Assembly: GCA_002269645.1 (NCBI GenBank)
Contig: NIVC01000285.1
Coordinates: forward strand, 1 to 61,282
Length of the DNA: 61,282 nt
Direction: 5' to 3'
Source: Macrostomum lignano
Taxonomy: Eukaryota
The notes beneath the pieces are model-generated. The model saw only the letters and a program-made list of their open reading frames with translations, made no database searches and had not been told where the DNA came from. Shown piece by piece: positions 38,301-49,654 of the stretch. The translations under genes and the position numbers were made by a program. Position 1 is the first letter of the stretch, and the number at the start of each line of letters is the position of its first letter.

Positions 38301-39332
38301 ACCAAGCACGCAGATATTGCTGCCGTTGAAAGCGACCAGCTTCCGTGATGACGCCTGCAGGGGCACGTTGGACAGAAGTCTGTTGTACGTCGTCTTGGTG
38401 ATGATGGAGACTCGCGAACCGGAGTCAACGAGCAGCTTGACAGGCCTCCCGTTCAGCAGCACTTCGCAGTGCTTGCTTGCTGCCGCAGCTGTCGCCACAG
38501 CGCAGATTGAGTACTCATCCTGAAGCTGTCGCACTCGGTTGCCGCTCCTGCAGACTCTGGCGAAGTGCCCGCGCTTGCCGCAGGACTTGCACTTCTGCCC
38601 CTTTGCTGGGCAGGTCTGTCCACCGACATGCGCCGCTGAGCCACAGTAGCCGCAGCTCCGGCCGTCGGTTGTCGGCTTCAGTGCCTCGTGCTGTCTTGCC
38701 ACCGCTCCACTGTTCTTGGCCTTGCTGATCTGCTGGACTCCACACGAGCTGTTTGGGTCTGTGTGGCTGCCTCCCTTGATGGCCTGAGCCTCCAGCAGTC
38801 CAGTTTCCAGTCGCTCCGCCAACTGCACAGCTGTCGCCAAGGTCAGCTCCGGCTCCATAAGCAGTCGCTCCCTGATGTGGTTGCTGAGCACTTTCTCGAC
38901 GAGCTGGTCACGCAGCATCTCCTCCTGGAAGGTCTTGAAGTCGCAGTTCGAAGCCAGGTTTCGCAGCGCGGCAACGAAGTCGCTGATCTTTTCGCCCGGT
39001 CGCTGAGCTCTCTGTCGGAATCTGTGCCTCTCAGCAACTACGTTGACTTTGGGTCCGAAGTGCATGTCCAGGAGCTTCAGCGTGTCATCAACTGTTGATG
39101 GCGGATGCTCTCCTTCCTCCTGATTGCGGCTGGCCTGCAGAGACATGTAGATGTTTTGTCCCTCTGCACCCAAACAGTGGATGAGCAACGCTTGTTTTCT
39201 TTGCTCCGGCAGATCGATGGCTCCCGATGATAGCAGGTAGTTGCTGAACATTGCTTTTCATCGGTTCCATTCAATCAGCGGTGCTCCAGCGACTGGCAGA
39301 AACGGCTGCGGTGGCGAAATGTTGATACTCAT
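35346..39332 (-). CDS. Gag-Pol polyprotein (zinc knuckles, protease, RT, RNase H, integrase) with an in-frame TGA at codon 25
   Basis: ATG 39332: MSINISPPQPFLPVAGAPLIEWNR*KAMFSNYL. Motifs: CGYCGSAAH...C..CGKRGHFARVC; LLVDSGS; HFIDDIVV; RNase H CDSS/EREAL/TDHQ/DFLSR; integrase H..H...C..C, IDLF, TDGG, VERLN. The open frame from Met28 (39251) is 1301 aa. Confidence 0.95.
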
Positions 39333-39495
39333 TCTGTTAGCTGTATCTCTGCTTGACTGTTGGGCTGCTGCTTGTTGAGACCCTCTCTGTGGGTCGCCAA
39401 TTGCACTTGCATTTGCACCTTCTGTGCTGCTCATGACTTGGCAGATTTTAGAGTTCGCACTTGTGCTGAATCACGCTGGCCCAAATCAATTGATT

Positions 39496-39512
39496 TCTCC
39501 GCGCGACGCCAA
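39496..39512 (-). other. Primer binding site TGGCGTCGCGCGGAG (tRNA-Ser-like, inferred)
   Basis: Starts with TGG 3 nt inside the 5' LTR boundary; complementary to a tRNA ending ...GCGACG-CCA, like Ser tRNAs with a GTCRCG acceptor stem. Confidence 0.6.
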
Positions 39513-39514
39513 AA

Positions 39515-39712
39515 TGTGGTGAGCGAGAGACAAGCCAGTCAGGTTTAGTCCAACAAACAAAATTCAAACCCTCACCCAAAGGGTGGAGCTATTCTTATAT
39601 TTACTCGAGAACGCATGTACATATACAAACAGAGCGCGCATGTACATCGGATCCCTTGACCCCCAAACACCGACTAGCAAAACAACCCAGTGAGTAAACT
39701 CACTTTACAACA
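39515..39712 (-). repeat. 5' LTR (198 bp)
   Basis: Identical to 35102-35299; TATA-like TAAATATAAG on -; followed by the PBS. Confidence 0.97.
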
Positions 39713-39729
39713 GATACATAGCTAGATTA

Positions 39730-40435
39730 TGTAGACAAGGATGTCACTCTGTAGATAAGAATGTCACTCTGTAGACAAGGGTGTCACTCTGTAGACAAGG
39801 ATATGTCTCTGTAGACAAGGGTGTCACTCTGTAGACAAGGATATCACTCTGTAGACAAGGATGTCACTCTGTAGACAAGGGTGTCACTCTGTAGACAAGG
39901 ATATGTCTCTGTAGACAAGGGTGTCACTCTGTAGACAAGGATATCACTCTGTAGACAAGGATGTCACTCTGTAGACAAGGGTGTCACTCTGTAGATAAGA
40001 ATGTCACTCTGTAGACAAGGGTGTCATTCTGTAGACAAGGATATCACTCTGTAGACAAGGATGTCACTCTGTAGACAAGGGTGTCACTCTGTAGATAAGA
40101 ATGTCACTCTGTAGACAAGGGTGTCACTCTGTAGACAAGGATATCACTCTGTAGACAAGGATGTCACTCTGTAGACAAGGATGTCACTCTGTAGACAAAG
40201 ATGTCACTCTGTAGACAAAGATGTCACTCTGTAGACAAAGATGTCACTCTGTAGACAAGGGTGTCACTCTGTAGACAAGGATATCACTCTGTAGACAAGG
40301 GTGTCACTCTGTAGATAAGAATGTCACTCTGTAGACAAGGGTGTCACTCTGTAGACAAGGATGTCACTCTGTAGACAAAGATGTCACTCTGTAGACAAAG
40401 ATGTCACTCTGTAGACAAGGATGTCACTCTGTAGA
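39730..40435. repeat. 20-bp minisatellite (TGTCACTCTGTAGACAAGGR)
   Basis: About 35 copies starting about 13 bp from the LTR TSD. Confidence 0.97.
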
Positions 40436-40551
40436 AATGAATTTCATGTCACCCTGTGTACTTGCAAGCATATGTGCCATTTTAAGACTGACCGTTCATT
40501 CGCAAAACAGCTGACAACGTTTAGGCAAAATACAATTAATAAATCAATCAG

Positions 40552-42138
40552 TCAGTTAATCTCAGCGGGCTGTCGGAAAGCAGCCCTAACAACTTGAGGC
40601 GATCTTGAGTAGCTCAGCACAGCGGCAGGCGATATTTGTTCGATAGCGTTGCTGCAGGCAATGTCCGGTAGCAACTGATGATGCAGTGCATTATTATTGA
40701 CGTTGTACCTGATCGCGGCGTTGATGTTCTTGTTGACTACAACTGAGTCAGGCTGGCAGCAGAATACTCTCCGAGCTCGAATTAGCAGTTGGCTTCGAAC
40801 TCGTTTGCCGGAGGCGCAGTACAGAAAGAAATTTCCCGCGTGGTTGCTGAACATGCACAGGTGGGTCACGACCTCGACTAGGCGGTACTTTGAGTAGCTG
40901 GAGAAGTCCTTAGTCAGCTCTTCCAGATCGACGTAGCCCGACAGCGAGGTCAGAACCTTCAGCACCGTAACAGGCATCGACGCCAACAGATAGAAGGTAG
41001 TTATTGACAGCAGAAGGGCTGTCACGTGACCGAAGTTCTCTTGACTCGAGCGTGAGAGCGATCTGTTGCGATAGCGAGACGGCGACCGGTCCAGACTCGG
41101 CCTCATCGGGTCTGGTTGAACGCGGAAATGAGCGGTTCGGGGAGTAAGTAATTGTGCTCACTGACTTTTTCCAAAGATACACGGACTCCATAAACGGGAG
41201 TTTTACACTTTCAAATCAATGATCCGCCTCATCATGACTCAAACATCCGCCTTATAATGACTCAGTGATCCACCTCATCATGACTCAAACATCCGCCTCA
41301 TCGTGACGACAACATCCGCCGTTCGATATTCAAACATCCGCCACCCACCTCAAAAAACAGGCCACTCACCTCCAGACGCGGTCAGCCTCAGCCTGGACTC
41401 CTTCTCGCCCTGCTGCAAATTCCTTAATCGCCTCTTCCGAGCGCCGTACAATTTACAAATTGTAATCAAATTGAAGCTGAAAATGACGGCAGCCGGCAGG
41501 ATCGAATACAGCACGGCATCGAACACGCTGATCAGGCCGCTCAGGTGAGAGGCGGTCTGTTTGATGTCGCATATCGGCAGCAGGGTGGGCTCATCGGACT
41601 CGCCGCTGCTGCTGTTGCTGCTGTCTGGCAGAACCTGATAGTCTGACAGGTCCAGCACGGCGAACCAGTAGCAGTTGACGATGAAACTCAGACACGTCAC
41701 TCCGGCAATGAGACGACGGGCTCGTTTCGGCGACTGCAGGCTGGCCGTCTTCAATGGGAAACTCATTACCAGTGCGCGTTCGATAGAAATGAGGCTGAGC
41801 AGGAAAGCTGACAGGTAGCTGGAGAAATACGCCAGGAACTTGTTACCAAGGCAAGTAGCTAGCGATAGAGTCTCAATGTTGACGCCAAACATCTGTTGCA
41901 ACCATTTGTTAAACAGGCCGGAGCACAGGACTAGTTGGTCAACAACTCCCAGCGGGATGAGATACTGCTGAGCTGCTCGGCACCTTCTGGGACCTCGCAT
42001 TAGCAGCCAGACGAGCAGGCAGTTTCCAACGGAACCAAGCAGGAACAGAGTCGGGCTGCCGACCCAGCAGAGCCATTTGTAGGCCCGGTATTCCGCAAAG
42101 TCGCGGTAGAGTACTCTTTCGTAGTCGGCTAGCGACAT
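40552..42138 (-). CDS. Rhodopsin-like (class A) peptide-type GPCR; 2 exons, 442 aa
   Basis: Exon 1 42138-41370 (ATG of MSLADY; the track start is GTG; donor GTGAGT; phase 1). Exon 2 41111-40552 (acceptor TTCAACCAG; G+AC = D). Motifs: TM1 GSVGN, TM2 VVDQLVL, C3.25, TM3 ISIERA, ECL2 Cys, TM5 YSILPAAVIFSFN, TM7 FSNHAGNFFLY; 1329 nt = 3n. Confidence 0.94.
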
Positions 42139-43894
42139 TGCTTGGGTTGAGTCGGACGACAGACGGAATTGAAAACTGGGTCGAGAAGACTGGGTTGTTG
42201 ACAACAACTTTATCAGGCCGAGAGTAACCCCCACCTCCTCTGATACCCGTCTCCCTCCTCCCACATCTCAACTAGGCATTTCAGGCAGCGCGGATTGGCT
42301 GCCGAAAAATTGATGTTTTTCCCTAGAAAGAATCCTTAGTCAAGTATTCTTTACAACTTGTGTCGCTCTACATGGACTTCTATTGACAGCAACTGGAATG
42401 GAAGCGGTCGATTAGGAAAAAACTGCTGTTGAAAAAACATGTCATGAAAAACCCCCGAAAAAGCACGGTTAAGTGCGCACCAGAGGCTTTACCAAAACCA
42501 ACTTGATGAACCAATTTAAATTTTTTTATATCGGGAACAAACGTGACTCGTACAGTTAAAGCTTGTTGACGCTGCTATCAAATGAAGCCAATTTTTAAAC
42601 GACGAGGCTACTTTGTATAGATTTTTCGTCGATTTTTTTCGTCAAATGTAACACTGCTCACCCCTACTTAAGATTTAAATTTACATTAGAGTTAGAATAA
42701 GTGTGGGAAAGGCCACAAAAGAATCTACTTTTGTGTCCGGATAAATTTTTTGTTACAATGGCCAGAAAACTGCACTTTTTGGTATTTCGATCATTATTTA
42801 ACTGAGCTACGAGTACATTCTAAACAATCCAAAATTGCTTTGGTATGTTAGCTTGTGATTCCTAAAACGTTACCAGTAAGAGCGTAGATGGCAGAACAGA
42901 ATTAGCCAATCACGAGGCAGCCATCAGGAGGCTGATTTTAGCGTGAGGGGGGGGGGTAGAAAAATGCACGACGGTGGTGGGGTGGTGGGGCAACGGACCA
43001 ATCGAGTCCTGCCCCCACCCCCTAGCCTAGCTCCTCCTTCCACGCTCACTCCAGGGAGGGGGTAGAAAAACATGGGTGGGGCTTGGGCCGACGCGGAGAG
43101 AGAAACTGGCGGTGGAGTGGGGCTAACTAAAAGGAATCCTAATCATTTCATCAACTTGTCCAATTGAGACGGACGCTCGTCTCGGGTCACTTTGTCAGCC
43201 GGCCGATCGTGGGATAAATAAAAAAGTTGTTCACTTCCTCAACCAACACTAAGGCAACCCCAAATCTTTGTTTACTTCGTCAACCCAGTTAACTAAGTTA
43301 CAAAACTAATTAAACAAAAGCAACACTGCTGATACTAATTATCTATGCATAGACTCAAGCATATCGTAGAGCACTAGACCATTCCACAACCCAACTGTAG
43401 GATGAGAAAGACGCTTGCTTATGGGTCAGCTCACCAGCTGTGTATGTAAACAGGGATGCTTATGTTTATGAAGATCTGTCTGCAACGACTCGACTGGCTA
43501 CCCCCAGGCTTGGACGCACACACAGCACTCTGGGAATTACTTTCTAGAGCTCATCATTGCGATGAGGGATGGGGGATATTTGGTAGAGAAAAATAAAAAC
43601 CTTAACGAAATATGACAGGGCGGAAAGTTTTTTTTGCGAATGGTGCTATTTTTAGCAACTTTCCAAGAAAATATTTTAATACACCAGAGACAGATACGCC
43701 AGTCTGAAGACGGACTCGGCCCTGCTGGGGCCATAAATTTGCTTATGCCGTCGAGGAATTGCGGGCCCAGTATCTGGACATGGTAGCATTCCAGTGATTT
43801 CGCTATTTGAAAATTCTTTTCCTATGAATATTATCCTTTATCGTATATTATACCTCGAATTTTGAAGTGACTCAATATAATTAGGCTTTGGCAC

Positions 43895-45600
43895 TGGCTT
43901 TTGGGTCTAAGGGTTTGGCTTCGGGTTTGGCTTTTTAGTCTACGGGGTTGGCTTCGGATTTGGCTTTTTAGTCTATGGGGTTGGCTTCGGGTTTGGCTTT
44001 TTAGTCTACGGGGTTGGCTTCGGGTTTGGCTTTTTAGTCTATGGGGTTGGCTTCGAATTTGGCTTTTTAGTCTACGGGGTTGGCTTCGGGTTTGGCTTTT
44101 TAGTTTATGGGGTTGGCTTCGGGTTTGGCTTTTTAGTCTATGGGGTTGGCTTCGAATTTGGCTTTTTAGTCTATGGGGTTGGCTTCGAATTTGGCTTTTT
44201 AGTCTATGGGGTTGGCTTCGAATTTGGCTTTTTAGTCTACGGGGTTGGCTTCGGGTTTGGCTTTTTAGTTTAGGGGGTTGGCTTCGGGTTCGGCTTTTTA
44301 GTCTAGGAGGTTGGCTTCGCATTTGGCTTTTTAGTCTATGGGTTTGGCTTTTTAGTCTATGGGGTTGGCTTCGGGTTCGGCTTTTTAGTCTATGAGGTTG
44401 GCTTCGAATTTGGCTTTTTAGTCTACGGGGTTGGCTTCGGGTTTGGCTTTTTAGTTTAGGGGGTTGGCTTCGGGTTCGGCTTTTTAGTCTAGGAGGTTGG
44501 CTTCGCATTTGGCTTTTTAGTCTATGGGTTTGGCTTTTTAGTTTAGGGGGTTGGCTTCGGGTTCGGCTTTTTAGTCTAGGAGGTTGGCTTCGCATTTGGC
44601 TTTTTAGTCTATGGGTTTGGCTTTTTAGTTTATGGGGTTGGCTTCGGGTTTGGCTTTTTAGTCTATGGGGTTGGCTTCGAATTTGGCTTTTTAGTCTATG
44701 GGGTTGGCTTCGAATTTGGCTTTTTAGTCTATGGGGTTGGCTTCGAATTTGGCTTTTTAGTCTACGGGGTTGGCTTCGGGTTTGGCTTTTTAGTTTAGGG
44801 GGTTGGCTTCGGGTTCGGCTTTTTAGTCTAGGAGGTTGGCTTCGCATTTGGCTTTTTAGTCTATGGGTTTGGCTTTTTAGTCTATGGGGTTGGCTTCGGG
44901 TTCGGCTTTTTAGTCTATGAGGTTGGCTTCGAATTTGGCTTTTTAGTCTACGGGGTTGGCTTCGGGTTTGGCTTTTTAGTTTAGGGGGTTGGCTTCGGGT
45001 TCGGCTTTTTAGTCTAGGAGGTTGGCTTCGCATTTGGCTTTTTAGTCTATGGGTTTGGCTTTTTAGTTTAGGGGGTTGGCTTCGGGTTCGGCTTTTTAGT
45101 CTAGGAGGTTGGCTTCGCATTTGGCTTTTTAGTCTATGGGTTTGGCTTTTTAGTTTAGGGGGTTGGCTTCGGGTTCGGCTTTTTAGTCTAGGAAGTTGGC
45201 TTCGCATTTGGCTTTTTAGTCTATGGGTTTGGCTTTTTAGTTTAGGGGGTTGGCTTCGGGTTCGGCTTTTTAGTCTAGGAGGTTGGCTTCGCATTTGGCT
45301 TTTTAGTCTATGGGTTTGGCTTTTTAGTCTATGGGGTTGGCTTCGAGTTTGGCTTTTTAGTTTAGGGGGTTGGCTTCGGGTTCGGCTTTTTAGTCTAGGA
45401 GGTTGGCTTCGCATTTGGCTTTTTAGTCTATGGGTTTGGCTTTTTAGTCTATGGGGTTGGCTTCGAGTTTGGCTTTTTAGTTTAGGGGGTTGGCTTCGGG
45501 TTCGGCTTTTTAGTCTAGGAGGTTGGCTTCGCATTTGACTTTTTAGTTTTATGGATTTGGCTTCGAATTTGGCTTTTTAGTCTAGGGGGTTGGCTTTGGG
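43895..45600. repeat. 33-bp minisatellite (TTGGCTTCGGGTTTGGCTTTTTAGTCTATGGGG) with 18-bp partial units and higher-order blocks
   Basis: Explains the 567-aa RSQPHRLKSQT ORF; large blocks recur. Confidence 0.96.
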
Positions 45601-46104
45601 TTCAACTTTGAGCCTTAAATTTCTCTTTAATAGGGGAATAACTTTTAGGCTAGAATGGCAACTGCCAATCCAGCTCTTCTTAACCTAGTATCCCATGCGC
45701 GCAATATTTCCCATTCGCCCCCGGTCTCTCAAAAAAACTGCAAAAGCAGGGTGCCTTCCTTCCGGATTCGAGAAAAATTTCAAAATTTCAAAGCAAGCCC
45801 TAACCTAGACTGTTGTAAATACTCGTAATTCGACTCTCTCTGATATTCTTGGTTTAATAAACTTACAATCTAGTGCCCCCTTCGGGGCGCCGAATAAGCA
45901 ATGAGCAAAAACTGTTCATGGAAAACATTAAAAAAACATATTTTCTTAATAACCAATTCCTTCCTCAGTTTTAGAAATCACCTTATTCAAGTAAAATTGT
46001 CACGGACAAAGATGTTTGCTATGAATCTCTTTTTATAAATTAACAATGACGACAAAATAAGTGTGCTTTCACAAAGAAAACAGACATTCCCTCTAAAAAG
46101 AAAA

Positions 46105-46650
46105 CATCCCCCAGATAGCAAGCATCATTCAGATAGCAAGCATCCCCCAGATAGCAAGCATCATGCAGATAGCAAGCATCATGCAGATAGCAAGCATCAT
46201 GCAGACAGCAAGCATCCCCCAGACAGCAAGCATCCCCCAGACAGCAAGCACCCCCCAGACAGCAAGCATACCCCAGACAGCAAGCATCCCCCAGACAGCA
46301 AGCATACCCCAGACAGCAAGCATCCCCCCGATAGCAAGCATCATGCAGATAGCAAGCATCATGCAGATAGCAAGCATCATGCAGATAGCAAGCATCATGC
46401 AGATAGCAAGCATACCCCAGACAGCAAGCATCCCCCAGACAGCAAGCATCCCCCAGACAGCAAGCATCCCCCAGATAGCAAGCATCATGCAGATAGCAAG
46501 CATCATGCAGATAGCAAGCATCATGCAGATAGCAAGCATACCCCAGACAGCAAGCATCCCCCAGACAGCAAGCATCCCCCAGACAGCAAGCACCCCCCAG
46601 ACAGCAAGCACCCCCCAGATAGCAAGCATCATGCAGATAGCAAGCATCCC
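46105..46650. repeat. 18-bp two-variant minisatellite (GATAGCAAGCATCATGCA / GACAGCAAGCATCCCCCA)
   Basis: About 30 units in alternating blocks. Confidence 0.94.
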
Positions 46651-47039
46651 TGGATAGAAAGAATCCCATACATGTAGATACATGTAGCTTATAGTACCCC
46701 TCTCTCCCAAATAACAATCCCCCCCCCCTCAAGAGTAAGCATTCCCCCGATAGTAAGCACCCCCAAAATACAATAGTAAGCACCCCCAGATAGCAAGCAT
46801 CCACCAGACAGCAAATAGCTAGTGCAAATATTTCCACTGCTAATGTAATAATCGATTTCTCAGGTAGTGCAATAATCCATGTCTCAGGCAGCGCAATAAT
46901 CCTTTACTCATCAAGTGCAAAAATCGATGTCTCAGCCAGTGCAATAGTCTTAGTAATAAATTCAAAGAGTTGGTTTCAGAGAGCCTATATTTAATAAACC
47001 GTTTTTTTGCTTTATCTTTTACACACATTTCTCAAGTAA

Positions 47040-47540
47040 TTAGTGTTTGCTGTCTTTGATGCTGTACAGTGAGATGATTCTGCGAGAGACTGGAGACTTG
47101 GAGTCAGAACTTGAGAAATGCTGACGACACAGTGCTCATTACCATTATAGTGGTATTGGAAAGTGGAAAGATGGGATTCTTGAAGAATAAACTGCAAGAA
47201 GATGGAATGCAATTACTGCGTTATGTTCTCCCTGTTCTCACATATAAGCTGTCACCAACAATGGAGAGAAAAATCGAGACAATGGAGGTGTGGTTTCTAA
47301 GGCTCTAAAAAACTTTTGAGTGAGCTGAACCAGTCACACAGCGAACAAAGGCGTTCTGCTAAGAGCTGGTTGTAGAGGGAAGTCATGATAGCCAACATTT
47401 GGAGATGGCAAGCTGAGATTCTGTTTGGCCATATTTTGGAGGAAGGGATCGAGGATGAGGAATCAAGCAGGTGTCAGTGACTGGGAAGATTGAAGGAAGA
47501 TGAGATTGTGGAAGACAGCGTGTAACCTTTCTGAAGAAAA
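47040..47540 (+). mobile_element. Decayed, internally deleted RTE-type non-LTR retrotransposon fragment
   Basis: NLRNADDTVL (YADD-like) at 47108-47137; LLRYVLPVLTY..L...MERKIETMEVWFLR; frameshifted remnants of the RTE C-terminus (FGHIL..., VTGKIEGR..GRQR) at about 47410-47530. Confidence 0.75.
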
Positions 47541-47543
47541 AAG

Positions 47544-47546
<3 letters not shown>

Positions 47547-47599
<53 letters not shown>
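47547..47599. repeat. (GA)n microsatellite
   Basis: About 26 units just downstream of the LINE remnant. Confidence 0.97.
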
Positions 47600-47601
<2 letters not shown>

Positions 47602-48149
47602 AATGCGAGGGCTTTCCCGCATACACTAATTGACAGTTTTTTGTACAGGTTGACTGTACTCTGATGCGAATATTCAATTTCTCGAGTTCAAAGCCTACCT
47701 GACTGACTGTTCATTCAAATAGTTTAGTTAGATCAGATGGGCGGGGCAGAGCTGTTAGATGTGAATAGATGAAGGCCCTACCTGTGCTTAAAAAGGTAGC
47801 CAGCCAACCGCCTGCTTTTATGGGCGTGTCTCTTCAATCTCGGGCGGAGTTTGACCTTCGATCGTATACACGTTAATCCTCTAGAGGTTTCTTATACAGT
47901 TTGCCTTGAATTTTCAAACAACGAATTTGTGACAACATAACTTAAGTTGAAGAACAATTTTCGGTAAGCATACGCTTTTACGGTTGCGGGATTCATAGCG
48001 CACAAGTCATTGTCAACGAGTTCAGTATCTGTCCATGGTTATCATCACTCTTATCGCTGCGATTCAGCGATGTAACTATCACTTCGTTTACTGTCTATTT
48101 AAGAGCACTGTGTTTGAGACTCAAATATGATGCTTGCATAATAAATCCA

Positions 48150-48780
48150 TAGTTCCGCTGTGTCTGTAACTCAAGTCACGAATGTGCATATTATTTCAAC
48201 CACTGTTTGTCTATAACTCACCAATGTGCCCATGGTTCAACCGCTGTGTCTGTAGCTCACCAATGTGCCAATGATTCAACCGCTGTGTCTGTAACTCACC
48301 AATGTGCCCATGATTCAACCGCTGTGTCTGCAACTCACCCATGTGCCCATGATTCAACCGCTGTGTCTGTTACTCACCAATGTGCCTATGATTCAACCGC
48401 TGTGTCTGTAACTCACCAATGTGCCCATGATTCAACTGCTGTGTCTGTTACTCACCAATGTGCCCATGATTCAACCGCTGTGTCTGTTACTCACCAATGT
48501 GCCCATGATTCAACCGCTGTGTCTGTTACTCACCCATGTGCCCATGATTCAACCGCTATGTCTGTAACTCACCAATGTGCCCATGATTCAACCGCTATGT
48601 CTGTAACTCACCAATGTGCCCATGATTCAACCGCTATGTCTGTAACTCACCAATGTGCCCATGATTCAACTGCTGTGTCTGTTACTCACCAATGTGCCCA
48701 TGATTCAACCGCTATGTCTGTAACTCACCCATGTGCCCATGATTCAACCGCTATGTCTGTAACTCACCAATGTGCCCATC
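48150..48780. repeat. 39-bp minisatellite (CCGCTGTGTCTGTAACTCACCAATGTGCCCATGATTCAA)
   Basis: Period 39 (48241, 48280); about 15 copies. Confidence 0.95.
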
Positions 48781-48867
48781 GTGTCAATTGGTACAAACAA
48801 TGTTTATTGCGACACGAATGCAACTTCTATAAGAAAATCGCTTGTAACAATTTTTAGAAGCAGGCCG

Positions 48868-49167
48868 ATGGACAGTAGCAGTCGTGTCAGCTATGGACAG
48901 CAGCGCAACCGGAGCGACAGTACCGTGAGCGGCATCGTCAGCCAGCATCTGCGCACCATCATCGAGGGCAGTATGACCGGCGGCGGCGGTGGCGGTGGCG
49001 CTCGAGTCGGTGGCTCAGCGAATCGATTTGCCGCGCGGTGTTTGACAGCCGCTGCGTACGTGGCCGCAATCACCGCCGCCTCGGCTCTGCTGGCGGTGTA
49101 CTACGGGTTGATTTGGACGCCGAAGTTTAAAAATTCAACGGCGACAGATGCTGGCGGCGGCGACTGA
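48868..49167 (+). CDS. inaF: InaF-motif small single-pass membrane protein (99 aa; TRP-channel regulator family)
   Basis: ATG 48868. R..T...YVAAITAASALLAVYYGLIWTP matches the InaF motif as I recall it from INAFM1 (R...AY...SLAAVLLAVYYGLIWVP). GC-rich coding composition against AT-rich flanks. Confidence 0.85.
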   Translation: MDSSSRVSYGQQRNRSDSTVSGIVSQHLRTIIEGSMTGGGGGGGARVGGSANRFAARCLTAAAYVAAITAASALLAVYYGLIWTPKFKNSTATDAGGGD

Positions 49168-49654
49168 ATCCAGACAACGTGGAGAAGAAGATTGATTGAA
49201 AACGTACAACTGATTAAAAATTCAAACTGTCCTTGGATAAATGCTTTGGCTACAAATAATATTTTTGCTAACCGAGTTTCCAAGCAAAAGAGAGACAATA
49301 GATTTATTCGACAAGAAGCTTGCTCAACAGAAATTGGAGATAATGAGTAGATGCACGTACAAAACTAATGAATAGTAAGCTGACTCGAAGAAAACTCGAA
49401 GTCGGGCCAGAGGCGGCTAGAAAATCCAAAATCCAATAAGTACGATCCAATTAGAAGTTTTTATTAGAGAATTTTACGGACCAAAGTACACAATAAAGTT
49501 TATGCCTGACATGACAATGTCTGATTCAGCCATCGTCATATCAAGTTCATTGTCATTGTCACGTTGTTGTCATTACGGTAATTTTGAACATCCGTTTTTT
49601 AAATAACATTGACCAAAGTTAGAAAAGATAGGTCTGTATGCTAGGGGGGGGGGG

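Larger units (their letters stand above)
35102..39712 (-). mobile_element. Full-length Ty3/Gypsy LTR retrotransposon (Mag-like)
   Basis: Two 198-bp LTRs (TG...CA) identical by eye; 5-bp TSD GATAC at 35097-35101 and 39713-39717; PBS and PPT present; single gag-pol ORF in the order PR-RT-RH-IN. Confidence 0.98.

Noticed and set aside
35354-39098. Many short antisense and alternate-frame ORFs in the retrotransposon and GPCR/M13 genes
   Set aside because: Shadow ORFs of GC-rich coding sequence.
48207-48857. 13-aa repeat ORF upstream of InaF
   Set aside because: TTG start and a 39-bp array; not in frame or spliced to the InaF CDS by any evident junction.
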